In this document: positions 38,394 to 52,798 of the stretch, one piece after another | Layout of the letters: the number at the start of each line of letters is the position of its first letter | Position numbering within the stretch: position 1 is the first letter of the stretch | Origin: Eledone cirrhosa | Taxonomy: Eukaryota | Assembly (NCBI GenBank): GCA_964016885.1 | Contig: OZ024741.1 | Span: 40,982,001-41,046,000 of the forward strand | DNA: 64,000 nucleotides | Reading direction: 5' to 3' | Translations under genes and position numbers: made by a program | The notes under the pieces: model-generated | Told to the model about the DNA's origin: nothing | What the model saw: only the letters and a program-made list of their open reading frames with translations | Database searches by the model: none

Positions 38394-40508
38394 TTTATAT
38401 ATATATATGTGTATTAGATGAATAGATAGTTTGATTGAAAAATTGTCAAGACAAGAGACAGATCTGGAAACAGAGATAATATCTATTACTTGTTCAATAG
38501 ATACATTCGTTTAGAAATGATTTTCGAAGGAAAATTTAGTCCCGTAGTCTCGTTGATTTTAAACTGTTGTGACAGTTTATTGTGAGTATTTGATTGTAGA
38601 ATTGAAATATTTTAAGGAGGAAGTTAAATCAACGTCTCATCCTTGGTTGCTTCTTCAACCTGATATCATTTTGATAATGGCATTCTATACTGACAGAATG
38701 GTCTCTGTGACAAACACTGTACATAATGGAAATGCTAATTCATTCATACTTCCTGAGGAGAGAAATAAAATCCAGCAACTTTGAATGTGATTCTGCTAGT
38801 CAAGAAGACCAAGACCAATCTCATAGTGTTTATTTTTGGCACAACTGATCTCTGTGTGCAAGGCTTCAATTTCGATTATATCTTCTTCAATTGAAGATGG
38901 ACTGCAAATAGCATTAATGTTCCAAAAGGGATTAGACCAAATGTAGAGACACCATGATGATGATGGTAATATCTTTATCTCTTTATAAGATATGATTATA
39001 TTTCAAAATTTAAGGTGAATTTAATGCAGATATAACTACAGATTTTGAATTAAAAACCTTTGTTGTGAAAAGAATTAAGTGTAAACACTTTCCACTGTTC
39101 CTCTGTATACAGAAAAATACATACGCTTCATTCTTTTCACAGTAAGGCTTCTAATTCAAACATTATAGTTATATTCATATCAAATTTTATGAAGGCATGT
39201 GGCTTAGTGGTTAGAGAGTTGGATTTACAATCACGAGGTGGCAAGTTCAATTTTCGGCCCAGATGATGCGTTGTGTCCTTGAGCAAGGCACTTTAGATCA
39301 AATTGCTCTTTCTGCCAGCAGTTTGACTGGTAGATAGGATCAGCATTGCTTCCTTGGTCTGTTGTGATCGGTAGATAGTATCAACATTGTTTTCTTGGTC
39401 CGATTTGACGAGGTCCATCCCACTTAGCAAGCAAGTGAGGTCTAGGATCTTGTTGATAGATCAGGGTGAGGATATTAAATCTATTTTAAATCTTCTAATG
39501 CTGTGTTCTAGCATAAATATTTATGATTACATTCGTTCTAATTCAGTTACATACTTACATACATAAACGATTAAGGTCATCACTGACAACCAAACATGAT
39601 TGGTAGAGTGTACTATGCTTGTGCTAAGGGTTTTAGACACCTGCATGTAGTTATAGGAAAACATGAGCACATTCTGAGCCATTTTACATTTGATGGAACA
39701 GAATATTTAGGATGTGACAGCTGGAAAGAGAGAGGACTGCACCAGCACTGGACTGGTAGAAATGACAAAAGTTTAGCATTTACATTTTATGTTTATTCTT
39801 CCATGACTGCATGCCTTGGAGCAATATACATATACATGCACACATTTCAAATAACCTTACTTTGCAAAATAGGATTTAATACATACAACTGCAATATCTA
39901 ACTTTGTAACTTATGTTTCTACTTATATAAAATATTAAATATAAACACATATATTGCTGTGTGATAAGAAGTTTATTTTGCAGCCACCTGGGGTTTTGAT
40001 TTGATCCAACTTTGCAGCACATAAAGTAAGTGTAATGTCTTCTACTAGAGCTGCTAGCTAATCAATGTTTTGTAGAATGAATTTCTAAGACAGAAAGTGT
40101 AGAGAAGCACATCATGTGTTCTATACACACACACATGATGGACTTCCCTACACTTACTAAGAAGTTCACTCACAAGGTGTTAGTTTGAGGCTATAGTTGA
40201 AGGAAAGATATTTGCCTAATATCATCATCGTCATCATCATCATTTCATTTTACATCCACTTTTCCCTGCTTGCAAGAGATGTCAACATGAATGGACCTGT
40301 TATTTTTATCTAAAGACATTTTTTCCAATTCCATCCCACCCATCCACTAAATCTATTTTATTTCTCATTCTTTCTTCTGATAAAGGACTAGCATCCCAAA
40401 ACGTTAAGATCCTCTTCCTGCTATATCAAGCGTTAACCTAATATATCCCTTCAATATACTGTATTGATTGTGTTGTTATTTCTGTTTACCTTTTACATAC
40501 ATATATAT

Positions 40509-40544
<36 letters not shown>

Positions 40545-40545
<1 letters not shown>

Positions 40546-40680
40546 AGTTTATCCCGGGTGCAATCGGGGGTAACCACAGTAAGTAAGGTACTCAATACAA
40601 AGTAGAGTATAAATATTTAATATAGAAAAGCTTCTACAGGACTAGAACTATTTCATTCGAGAGAAATCATCAGGAACCGC
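40545..40680 (-). mobile_element. PLE pLTR 3' end with hammerhead (40630-40678) and bulged hairpin (40589-40608)
   Basis: UUC-CUGAUGA-U-UUC-UCUC-GAA-U-GAAA-UAG..CUG-UA-GAA; ACUC-UAC-UUU-GUA-UU-GAGU; TA flanks. Confidence 0.75.
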
Positions 40681-40699
40681 TATATATATATATATATAA

Positions 40700-41027
40700 T
40701 CATCATCATCATCATCATCATTTTACGTCCGCTTTTCCCTGCTTGCAAGGGTGGGACGGGAACTGATTCTAGCTTGATTTCTACAGCTGGATGCCCTTCC
40801 TAACACCAACTTCATTTACAGTGAGTGCTGGGTGCTTCTTTTCCGTGACGCCTACACGTCCACTTTACAGTGTGGGCTGGGTGCCTTTTTGCCGTGGCAC
40901 CTCCACGACCACTTTTCAGTGGAATGATAGGGACCCCAGTCCTATCATCTCATTTCTACAGCTGAGTAAACTGGAGCAATGTGAAATAAAATGTCTTGCT
41001 CCAGGAAACAACACACTACCCGGTCTG
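40700..41027 (-). mobile_element. 5'-truncated SINE family A
   Basis: Matches 18756-19072; head missing. Confidence 0.85.
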
Positions 41028-41649
41028 GCAAATGATGGTAAATGAAACAACCTCTAATCATTCGTTTGTTTTATTTTGAACTGTGTCAGCCTCACAACTG
41101 AAAACAGGGTAACAGCTCTGAAATATCATTTCAAAATACACTGGGTAAAACATTACTTTCTTTTGTTTACCATTTGTATTTTCTACCACATTGTACTGGC
41201 TTTTAAAAAACTACATTTATATGTATATCTCATCATCATCATCATTTTATGCCTGCTTGTCTATGCTTGAATGGGTTGGACAAGATCTTTCATCGATTCA
41301 TAGCATTCCTTCATCATCTCCTCTGTGAGGTTCAGTATTTTGAAAATAGCTCAAACTACATGCATGTATGATCTGCAGCAAGTTCTGAGGCCAGCAATAG
41401 TGGATGTGGTGTGGAGCATATCTGTGACTGTCAATCAACAATTGGTGTAGATTGAGTACTCAGTGTTATAGGTTCACAGGGCTGGTTAGTTAATTAATAT
41501 TCTAATCAGATGACCAAAACCATTTGATGCATTATTGTGATAGGAGATGGTTGATAACTGTGGCACCAACCATCTGAGTAGTGGTTTTATTTTTGACCTC
41601 AATAGTTACTATAAACATATTTGTATTTCATTACACAAATTAAATCAAA

Positions 41650-41840
41650 TAATTGTTTCTACTTTTAGGCACAAGGCCAGCAATTACCCAGTACATTACT
41701 GGTACTTTATTTTATCGACCCCGTAAGGATGAAAGGCAAAGTTAACCTCGGCGGGATTTGAACTCAGACTGTAAAGGGACGTAACTATGCTAGAAAGCAT
41801 GGCGTCCAACCCTCTACCCATACTGCCAATTCACCACCCA
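41650..41840 (-). mobile_element. SINE family B
   Basis: Near-consensus; similar full copies at 42468-42655 (-) and 47003-47190 (-). Confidence 0.85.
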
Positions 41841-43176
41841 TTAAATCAAATTAAATCAAATAATTGTTTCTACTTTTGGCACAAGGCCAGCAATTACCCA
41901 CTACATTACTGGTACTTTATTTTATCGACCCCGTAAGGATGAAAGGCAAAGTTAATATGAATTTAAGTAAATCCCTCAACATTCTTCATAAATCAATGTA
42001 AATATAATATATATATCACTAGAAATACAGTTATGAAATGCTTAAATATATTACTGCATACATACATAAAGGGGAATAAAAAATTGTTTAGAATTAAATT
42101 TAAAAAAAAGGAGTGTCAGATTTAGACCAAGGAAACTATATTTTCGTTTGTGTTTCCATTGCTGATACTATCTGCCAGTTACAACTCAGCCTAGAACAAC
42201 ATGGCTTTCGCTGAAGAAATAATTCCCTCTCCAGATCAACAACCTAATCCTAGCAAGAGAAAAAGACACAAATCTATCAAGTCCTACCAGTTGTGTCTAG
42301 GACATAAGAGCCTCCCTCATGCTGGTACCATACACCCATATATGTATACAGTATATATTGAAACCATTTAAGTTGACTTCGGTGGGATTTGAAATCATAA
42401 TAAAAAAACAAGAAGAAATCCTGCATGGCATTTTGTCTGACACTCTACCTATTCTGCTAATCCAGTAATAATTGTTTCTACTTTAGGCACAAGGCCAGCA
42501 ATTACCCAGTACATTACTGGTACTTTATTTTATCGACCCCGTAAGGATGAAAGGCAAAGTTAACCTCGGCGGGATTTGAACTCAGAATGGCAAGGGCCGT
42601 AACTCTATGCATCAAAGCATGGTGTCCGATCCTCTACCGATACTGCCAATCCACCAGTAATAATAATGATTAAAATGAACACCTTTAGTAATTACAACTA
42701 CACACTGTTATTAATTACTTGTTCCCTTTAGGACAAAACTTCACACAATTTTTAAATGTAATTGCTAAAATGTTAGTGTTGTTCATTACCATTCACTTGC
42801 CATATTACTTCTTTTCCTCACTTCATTTGCTGGATGTTATAGTCATTTACCCTGTTACTTTTTTCTCTTTAGGGTAAAGGTAATTAATATTTCATGTGAA
42901 AAGAATACAGAATGAAAATTAAAATTCAGTTGAAATGAAGTCATCTATATTTTATATCATCTTCATTTTTTTCTTTTATTGAACTTTAAAAGCTTCAGTA
43001 TATGTTCTGACACTCTGTGCTCTAAGTTCAAATCAAGCCGAGGTCACCTTTGTGTTTCATGCTTTCATAGTCTCAATGAATAAAGGCCAAGTCCAGGAGC
43101 AGTGGAATTGTTAGAGTTCGACAAAAAGCGAAAAAATTAAGTTCCAGGGTCAATATGATCCACTGAATCCCTTTAA

Positions 43177-43379
43177 CCCTTTGCCATTTACATTACTCTA
43201 TATTTACTATTATATTTTCACAGCAAAAGTTTTATCTCACAATATCAAATTTATGAAATTTTGATTTGATTTATTTTGAGAACAATACCTTAACATCAGT
43301 ATGAGTGGGTTACAGCCAGTTTGAACAGAAAGAGGTGAGAGAATTCTGGCTGGATACGGCCGGTTTAACTGCTAAAGGG
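43177..43379 (+). mobile_element. piggyBac-like MITE
   Basis: TTAA 43173-76 and 43380-83; TIR CCCTTTgcCATTTA / TAAcTGCTAAAGGG. Confidence 0.85.
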
Positions 43380-44779
43380 TTAAGGCAGAGTTCCAGCATA
43401 GCTGTGTTCTGATGACCAAAACAGGTAAAAGAATAAAAAATGTATATGATGTTTCACGATATATAGAAATTTGCTGTCTTACAAATATCCTGATATACAG
43501 CAATATGCTATTTCATAATTATCATGATATCTAAAAATGGAGGGAAATTATTTCTGAGTTAAATTTGCTGTGATATGCCTTATTCGTTAATTCCAATGAA
43601 AATAACTATGACGACATCTAGGGTAAATCTCCCAGCACCAAGGCTATAATGGCTAGGACTGCTACAAGCATGTCACTAATTTAGAGAATTTGTCAGACAT
43701 CCAGGCATCTTTATATTTTATTGAATTTCATGGCAAGAAATAAATATATATATAATTAGTATTGTTTACTTCTTATTCTAAACCAATGCTTTGGGGGAAA
43801 TCATTTCTTCCCAGACCAATCACCTCAACCATCGATCAAACTAGTCAAAAATGTCTACTACAGACATATATGAACTCACATGTATCACAAATTATAAACA
43901 TATTAGTGAACCTCTACCATCAATAATGACAGCAACAGTATTGAACGTATTTAAGTTTTGGAGTCCAGGATTGGTATGCCATATATACCAAGATTACCAA
44001 ATATACTAACTATTATACAAACTGGAAAATTTGTGTTTTGATAAATGAATAGTTTGCATAAGAGAAACCATATAGTTTATGTTGCTTACTGACATGTGGA
44101 AGTGATTAAAGATAAGAATGATAATTTAATAATTTATTTCTAGGATATAATTACATGAATGTTTAGCATATATGTACAAATTACATATCTGATTAAAAGT
44201 GTGATTAACTTAAGAGAAATAATTATTTACAGGGATAAATGTAGAGTTAGAAACCAGGACTTTGTGAGTTGTGAGTGGAAACTGAACTTCATATTGTAGG
44301 AACATAACTGAGATAGGAAATGCCTTGTGTGCATGTGTGTGTGTAAGCTTGTGTTTATGCTTGTTTGCGTAAATTTTAAAGAGTTACAGGCAGAGATATA
44401 TATAAATAAATATACAAAGACACATGGTCTATTATTATGGTTGATGGTGTCTCACAAATATTTCGATATATAGAAAAATCTTCAACCATACAATGCAATA
44501 TAATACAGAGCAGAAAACATTTCACAGAAGCATTATTGGTTATTCCTTCCATGACATATCCTAACAATAACAATGACAAACAACAATAATAATAATAAAA
44601 AAATATCTCAATGGTGATGATGCGGCCCATCTATTATTTTCAATAAGAATAACAGACTAGCAAATAATACCTACTATGGCTATTACTACCAACCACTAAA
44701 ATACAAATACAAACACCATTACTACCAAAAGCATTGGCACTATTATATCATCTCACCACCATTATATCTAATCACTACT

Positions 44780-45180
44780 ATGACCATTATTATCATCATC
44801 ATCATCTTCGTTATTATTGTCATCATCATCATCAGTATTATCATCACCATGATCATCATCATTGTTATCATCATCATCATTGTTAGCATCATCATCATCA
44901 GTGTTATTATCATCAACATCATCATCACTATCATCATCAACAGTGTTATCATCATCATCATCATCATCACCTATGATTTTTTCATCTTTATCAGAGATTT
45001 TTACAAATGACAACAATGAAATAATAACACAAAGGAAAATGGGGGTGGGGGTTCATAATATACTGAAACACTTAACAACAACAACAATAACAACAACAAC
45101 AACAATAGTAATAATAGTAATAATAGTAATAATAATAATAATAGTAGTAGTAATAATAATAATAATCACCACTGTAACAA
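44780..45180. repeat. Compound (ATC)n/(AAC)n/(AAT)n microsatellite
   Basis: Trinucleotide runs seen directly. Confidence 0.9.
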
Positions 45181-45669
45181 TACTATTAACAACTATAACC
45201 CTAACAGTAGTGTCAATAAGGGATTATACAATGAAAGAAAATGGAAAAAAAAATGGAGAAAAATAAGATAACAATTGCAACAATGGCAGAAGACAAAATG
45301 ATTATAAAGGAGCAAATATACATTTATTTTGACATAGGAAAATATTAACAATTCAGTAAATCCTAGAGGGGGCACATGATTATATGGTAAAGAAATAAAA
45401 AGGGTCAAAATAGCACATTTAGAAAAAAAAGTAGACAAATTTGTAAGGGAAACAATACTTAGTGAAAGTAAAGAAAGAATACATATCTACATATACAATG
45501 TAAATATATATATATACACTTACATATATATATATTTATAAATATATACATATATTTATAAATATATACATATATATATATATACTTACATATATATATA
45601 TTTATAAATATATACATATATATATATACATATATATATATATACATACACACACACATATATACATAC

Positions 45670-45714
<45 letters not shown>

Positions 45715-46491
45715 GAAGTGTGCATCACAAAATAGTCACACATGTAACCCAATTACAAAAAAGAATCAATCACATTTCCGTTCAACACAATACATGAATA
45801 TATTCACAATACATACACACATGACATACATAGACACATAAATAAATGCACACACACTCATGCACACATATACATACATACACACACACGCATACATACA
45901 CACACATACAGGCATATAAACACATAGACATACAATTACAAAACTATGAGAATTAATGAAATAGAGAAACAGAAATGGTGAAAACTAACATTAGTTTCAT
46001 ACTAAACTATTATAGGTTCAAATTGTACCAAGATCAATATTGTATTTTTTTTTTATTTCAGCTGAAAATGAAATCTTGCATTTTTTCTTCATCATAAAAA
46101 AATTATGAAAGTCAAGGAGTGGGAAGAATTTTTTTGTTTTTTTTGCTAACTTGACCCTTCTTATACCAAATCGCCTGAAATTGTCCCTGATTTTCCAACA
46201 GTAAGCTGTTTATTTCAGTGTGTTTATATTTATCTAAAATCTTTCTGATGAGAAAGTTAGTTCTATTACTGAAGCCATCCAAATTATTTTCAAAATTATT
46301 TGAAAGTTATTGGTACTGTATTTCATGTGAAATACAGTAACTAAAAAGTTAAATACTGTATTTTCCAGTGTTTAAGATTCACCTTTTACTACAAAGCTTT
46401 GATGACAAAATCTATCTGCATCTTAAAAGTATGTGTTAGTTAAAGTCTATCCAAAACCGAGTGGTGCATCATACGAGAACCTATCTCAGTT

Positions 46492-46967
46492 TCCTTTAGC
46501 ATTTAAACCAGCTGTATACAGCCAGAATTCTCTCACCTCTTTCTGTTCAAATTGGCTGCTCATCCAACATTAAGGTATTGTTCTCAAGATAAATGATATC
46601 AAAATCTCATACATTCGATATTATGTGAGATAATTGTGAGATAAAGCGTTTACCATGAAAATACGATAGTAAATATAGAGTAATGTAAATGCTAATGGGT
46701 AAAACACCTGAATGTATAAAACTCTTTGTTGAACATGATACCAGTTTCTTACAGGTTTAACCCTTTACCATTTACATTACTCTATTTTACTATTCTATTT
46801 TCATGGTAAAGGCATTACCTCACAGAATATCAAATCTATGAGATTTTTATATTATTTATTTTGAGAACAGTACCTTAAAATCAGTCTGAGTGGCCAGTTA
46901 CAGCTGGATTGAAAAGAAAGAGGTGAGAGAATTCTGGCCGGATACAGCTGGTTTAAATGCTAAAATG
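46492..46967. mobile_element. Two piggyBac-like MITEs head-to-head (46492-46699 -, 46761-46967 +)
   Basis: Both match the 43177 family. Confidence 0.8.
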
Positions 46968-48654
46968 TTAAGCTGGTGTTTGGAACAAAAGTTCTTACCT
47001 ATAATAATTGTTTCTACTTTTGGTACAAGGCCAGCAATTACCCCAGTGCATTACTGGTACTTTATTTTATCGACCCCATAAGGTTGAAAGGCAAAGTTAA
47101 CCTCAGCGAGATTTGAACTCAGAATGCAAAAGGCCATAACTCTAAGCTACAAAGCATGATGTCAGACGATCTACCGATACTGCCAATCCCAAGATTTTAG
47201 ATAAATATAAACTGCTTAATGTAGAACTAGGGGCAGTTTGGTTTGAAAAGGGCTGATGTGGGATATGAACTTGTGGAATTTACAAAGATCAAACATTCTT
47301 GAATTTCTTTGATTAAGTAATCTGATAGTTCTTCAAAGCAACACAAAAAAATCATAAATGTTTTGCAAACTAGATACACCATTACATATAAATCACCTTG
47401 CTATTCACAGAAAGTTAGCTATACTTTTTGAAAAATAAGAATTTGTAAATGTCAAAACTCTATGCAACATACATACCATTTACACAGTGACCGATTTTTC
47501 TTTACATATCACATGCATCAAACTTAGGCATGATTATAATAACATAATGATGATGATTATGATGATGACAATGTTCTAATTATTAAACTGAGCTATCATA
47601 ATTACAACTGAGGCAGAAAGCAAGAAGAAAAAATGGAGGAAAGAAAATGGAGAAACCACAATTTTTCACACAGTCACTGATTTCCCCGAAACATCACCAC
47701 ACGTCAAACTTTGATATGAGAATAATATAACAATGAAGATGATGACAGTAACAATGATGATGAAGATAATGATGACGACAATGTTCTAATAATTAAACTG
47801 AGCTATCATAATTACAACTGAGGGAGAAAGAAAACCCCCACAAAAAATAATAACGGAGAGACCCCCCCCCCACCCCCACACACACTTTTCACAGACACAT
47901 AGACAAAAAGAACAACAAAAAGCAAAACAAAATCATTTCAAAATGGTACAAGTCTATGATGAAGCAAGAAATGTGTCTAGTATGTGGTTTGTAATTGAAA
48001 GCAAATGAAGAATGTATATATACAATTATTTCTTGAGACATGCTTTGTCAGAAAGAAATTACTAGTTGACAATAGATGAGGTGGTGGTCTATCATTATAG
48101 AAGTTTCTCTCTCTCTTCCCTAGAACATTTTTCACTAAGTATCAATCAATCTTAATAAACACCTGCTTATAATTATCAATGTCTAATTATTTGTAATAAC
48201 AATAGTTTCTAAATTAGGTACAAGGCCAGCAATTTCAGAGATGGGGGAAAAATAGATTAAATCAACCCCAGAATTTGACTGGTACTTATTTTATCAACCT
48301 TGGAAGGATGAAAAGCAAGGTTGATTTTGGCAGGATTTCACTTCAATATGTAAATAAACATTACTACACTTTTAGAGAGCATTTTGTCAATGATAATAAT
48401 AATAATAATGTTGAAAATAGACTTTGCATAAGGGATTGAATCACTCTAGATGTTATCCTACAGGGAACAGCTTGAATATTGAAACAAGTTCTGGACTACC
48501 AGCAATAGTGAAATGACAAGGAATGATATGGAAAGTTGGAGTTACCCTAGGTTACTAGTTGTAGCCTGGTATTCCTTAGAATAACCAGTCTCAAATCAAC
48601 ATCAAATTTGATCATGATAAATAGTCAAATAACAATAATTTTTATTTGGCATCT

Positions 48655-49215
48655 AGAATGTTGTCAGGTGCTCACGGCCCTTTGCCAGCTGAGCAACATG
48701 ATAGGAGGCCAGAAAACAGCGCTTGTGTTCTATAGAGTTAGTGAGAGGTATGATTGGTGAATGCTTATGAGAGGCTCTATGCACTGACGTGGACAGTCTG
48801 AACTGGCTTTTCTGGAGGAATTTCAGCTCCTGGATCATGGACAGTTTCCAAAATTCTTTGGCATGGCAGTGTTATAGAGGGGCACTTCCAGTTCAAGACA
48901 AGCTCTTGAGGCACAGAAGTGCCAACAGTTTAACCCTTTAGCATTCACATTACTCTATATATACTATTGTACTTTTACGGTAAAGGCTTTATCTTACATA
49001 ATTATCTCACATAATATCGAATTTATGAGATTTTGATGTTATTTATTTTGAGAACAATACTTTAACATCAGTATGAGTGGCCAGTTACAGCCAGTTTGAA
49101 CTGAAATAGGTGAGAGAATTCTGGCCGGATATGGCCGGTTTAAATGCTAAAGTGTTAACCTGTCCGAGATGCACACAGGGTGACAAATTCTTGCAGAGTT
49201 GTGGGCTTGTGTTGA
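48655..49215 (+). pseudogene. Tx1/L1-like LINE C-terminal zinc-knuckle region, split by a MITE (48934-49154)
   Basis: Removing the MITE and one TTAA restores MDSFQNSLAWQCYRGALPVQDKLLRHRSANSLTCPRCTQGD. Confidence 0.7.
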
Positions 49216-50131
49216 ATAACTGCTCTCATGTGTTGAACAGATCCAGCTCAAATGGAATCTACTTCCCTTGGACTGATACTTTATTTATCAACCCTGAAAG
49301 GATGAAAGTCAAAGTTCAATGTCGAGGTGAGATACCACAAAGCATCCCACCTGACACTTCAAAACTTTCATTAGTTCCCTAAATCACCACACATGGTCAA
49401 GTATTTTACTGACCCTGAGAGGATGAAAGGCAAAGCAAAATTGATGGGACAGGATCTGAAGTCAGAACAAAGTGAGCTTGAACAAATACTGTGGCATTTA
49501 ATCTGTTGCCAAACCAACTCTGCCAATTTGCACAAATCCTAAACCATAAAATGCAAATCATACATTTTTGCTACATAAAGCAAATTTACAATCCACCACC
49601 ATTACCACCTCATACATAGATAGGTTTGATACATACAACAAAAGAGCTACACAGCTCATGCTCCATTCACAAAGTGCTATCAGTAATGGCAACATAAAAA
49701 TGTTAATTGATAGATTCATAAACTGCCCCTGAGTTCTATTGTTGCCTAAATGCTGCTTGAATTATAGTTCATCACCAATGACCTTTCCATTCAGGAAGGT
49801 GACCTTTATTAAATCAGTTTTTTTCTCTCATATCATTTTCAACCTAGCCCCAGGGGAAATATTGTTTTAGGGGGAAATTTCAGACATGAAGATAGAAGAA
49901 TATAAGGGACTAACAGTTATTTTTAAAAGTTAAATAGAATTTCACTTAAATGTCAACACATTATATTTATTTCTGTATGAATATAGCAGTGTGTTTGTGT
50001 GTGTGTAGGTGTATGTCTGTGTGTGTGTGGAGGTATCTGTTTATTTATGTGTGAATACATGTTTGTGTATGCATGTGTGTCTCTAACTATGAATATCTAT
50101 GTGCATTAATGTGTCTTTTTAGATGTGTAGG

Positions 50132-50175
<44 letters not shown>

Positions 50176-50299
50176 GCGTGTATATTGAATGCTCATTCAA
50201 TTAATGTATGAATGTTTTAAATACAAGAGAATTTTAAACACCCATTCTTCTATGTATGTATGTGTGTATGTATGAATGAATGTATGTATGTATGTGTGT

Positions 50300-50331
<32 letters not shown>

Positions 50332-50699
50332 ATGCATCTGTGTATGTGTGTGTTTAACCCATACCACTATAGAAAGTGGATGTGAAATGATGATGATGAT
50401 GATATGTATGTCAGGTATATATGTACTTGTAACATTACATGGATGTGTATAGGTAATTTGAAGTGTGTAGCATTATAGCAATGTACTGTGAATCTTTGTA
50501 GATGGAAGTGTATATAATTGTTCAGCATGGCCAAATGATTATAAAGTCCACTTTGCAATGATTAGGCCCAAGATTCAATCCCACTACATAGTAACTTTGA
50601 CAAATATCATTTACAATAGCCTCAGGTCATCCCAAGTTTTGTGAGCGAAACTGCATAGCCAGAAACTGTTTGGAAGCCCATCATGTGGATTGTGTTTGT

Positions 50700-51075
50700 G
50701 ATTCAAAGGGCCTGTGTAGACTGGAGAGAAATGAAGCAGCCATGTTTTGTTGGATGTGCAATGTAAATGTGAGAGAAAGGCAGAGTTTGGACAAGCTGAG
50801 GGAGGAGCTGGGTTTAAGGGGAATCCAAGATGGTGTGTAGGAGAGAAGGCCGCATTGGTATGGTCATGTGATACACATGGACAATGACCGATGGGTGAAG
50901 AAATGCCAGGAAATCCCAGTGGAAGGAAGTTGCAGTAAAGGATGACCAAGAAAGACCTGGGTAGAGGTTGTGAAAGCAAAGGAACGCAACAAATAGAGAC
51001 ATGATGTGCTGAGAAGGACCTGTCCAACCCATGCAAGCATGGAAAGGAGGACGTAAAAACAATGATGATGATGTC
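50700..51075 (+). mobile_element. Decayed RTE 3' fragment (older subfamily)
   Basis: RLERNEAAM..WMCN..HWYGHV remnants, tail hairpin ccatgcaagcatgg, (GAT)n. Confidence 0.75.
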
Positions 51076-51934
51076 ACATGGAACTCCCTTATATTAACAT
51101 TAATTATATTAAACCTTTAATTACTGTATTTCTCATGAAATGTTCTGTATTTGAATTAATTAATGAAAAATTTGAAGGGATTTACTATAATTATTAATTA
51201 TTTTATATTAATATGGCATTTATAACATAATTCAAAAGGTTTTTATATCAAGTTATGTTGGCAGATTTCAATAAAAATAGGAACTCTTTAAAATTAGTCA
51301 TTCCATTCCATTTCATAGAAATAGAGGTAGTTTTAGGTTGGTATGAAAAGGCTTAAGGGGGAAGAGACATGTCTGTAGAATTCTCAGCCACTTACATGTT
51401 ATCTTCATGAGAGGGCTGTTCCATTGACTGAAGAATTGAAGCAGTCATTGACCGAACTGATGGTAGTTCACTCCTTTGTTTTTCATATTCAGATAAGTAA
51501 AATGAGTGTTTATTTAATAGTATATGGTTGCATAGACATGTATTTATGAGCTAAACTTTCTTCTCTGAATACTCTGGAGGGAATGGTGGCTAAGATACTA
51601 ATATAAAATCAAACTCCAGGAATTTCTAGAGAAGAATTTATATTAATTTACTCAGCTATGGGAATAGGTAGCAAGCTGTCTGAAGTTATTTTTCTCGAGA
51701 AACTTATCTATACAAAATATAACTGAATATTATAAATGTATACTATAATAACTGAAAAAGTTTTTGTTCATCTCTCAAACACAAACACTAAGAACTGTCA
51801 AAAACGTTATAGAATTTTATTATTTGGAATTCATAGAACAAATATAAAACAATAAAGTGGATGGAGGTTGGCAAATGTTCTGAAGCACTCTCTGCCAACA
51901 GCCTCATCTATCTGTCTATCTATCTTCATATATA

Positions 51935-52254
51935 TCATCATCATCATCATCATTTCATTTTACGTCCGCTTTTTCCCTGCTTGCTTGATTTCTACAGCTG
52001 GATGCCCTTCCTAACACCAACCTCATTTACAGTGAGTGCTGGGTGCTTTTTTGCCGTGGCACCTCCATGACCACTTTGCAGTGGAATGATATGGACCCCA
52101 GTCCCTATCATCTCATTTCTACAGCTGAGTAAACTGGAGCAATGTGAAATAAAGTGTCTTGCTCAAGGAAACAACACATCACCCAGTCTGGGAATTGAAC
52201 TCACAACCTTTCGATTGCAAGGCCAATGCTCTAACCACTAAGCCATGTGCCCCC
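51935..52254 (-). mobile_element. SINE family A with internal deletion
   Basis: Matches 36451-36786 minus ~30 bp near the tail. Confidence 0.88.
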
Positions 52255-52322
<68 letters not shown>

Positions 52323-52730
52323 ACACACACAGGAGAATAGTCAGGATCGCGATAGCAGAGCTCAATATATATATATAATGTGTTTGTATGTGTGAAGGCG
52401 CATGGCTTGGTGATTAGAGTATCAGTTTTGCAATCAAAAGAATGTGAGTTTGATTCTTAGACCGGGTTTTGCATTGTGTTCTTAAGCAAGGCACTTTATT
52501 TCATGTTGTTCCAGTTTACTCAGCTGTAGAATTGAGTCGCGATATCACTGGTGCCAAGCTGTATCAGTCATTGCCTTCTCTTGGATAACATCGGTGGCAT
52601 GGAGAGGGAAGGCTGATATGCATGGGTGGCTGCTGGGTTTCCACAAACAACCTTGCCCAGATTTGTGCCTCGGAGGGGGACTTTCTAGGTGTAAATCCCA
52701 TGATCATTCATGACCAAAAGGGGTCTTTAC

Positions 52731-52796
<66 letters not shown>

Positions 52797-52798
<2 letters not shown>

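Noticed and set aside
44768-45016. Asp/Asn-rich ORF
   Set aside because: Pure (GAT)n-type trinucleotide repeat.
48440-48500. ILQGTA*ILKQVL resembling the C-terminus of restriction-like-endonuclease LINEs
   Set aside because: Too short and degenerate to call.
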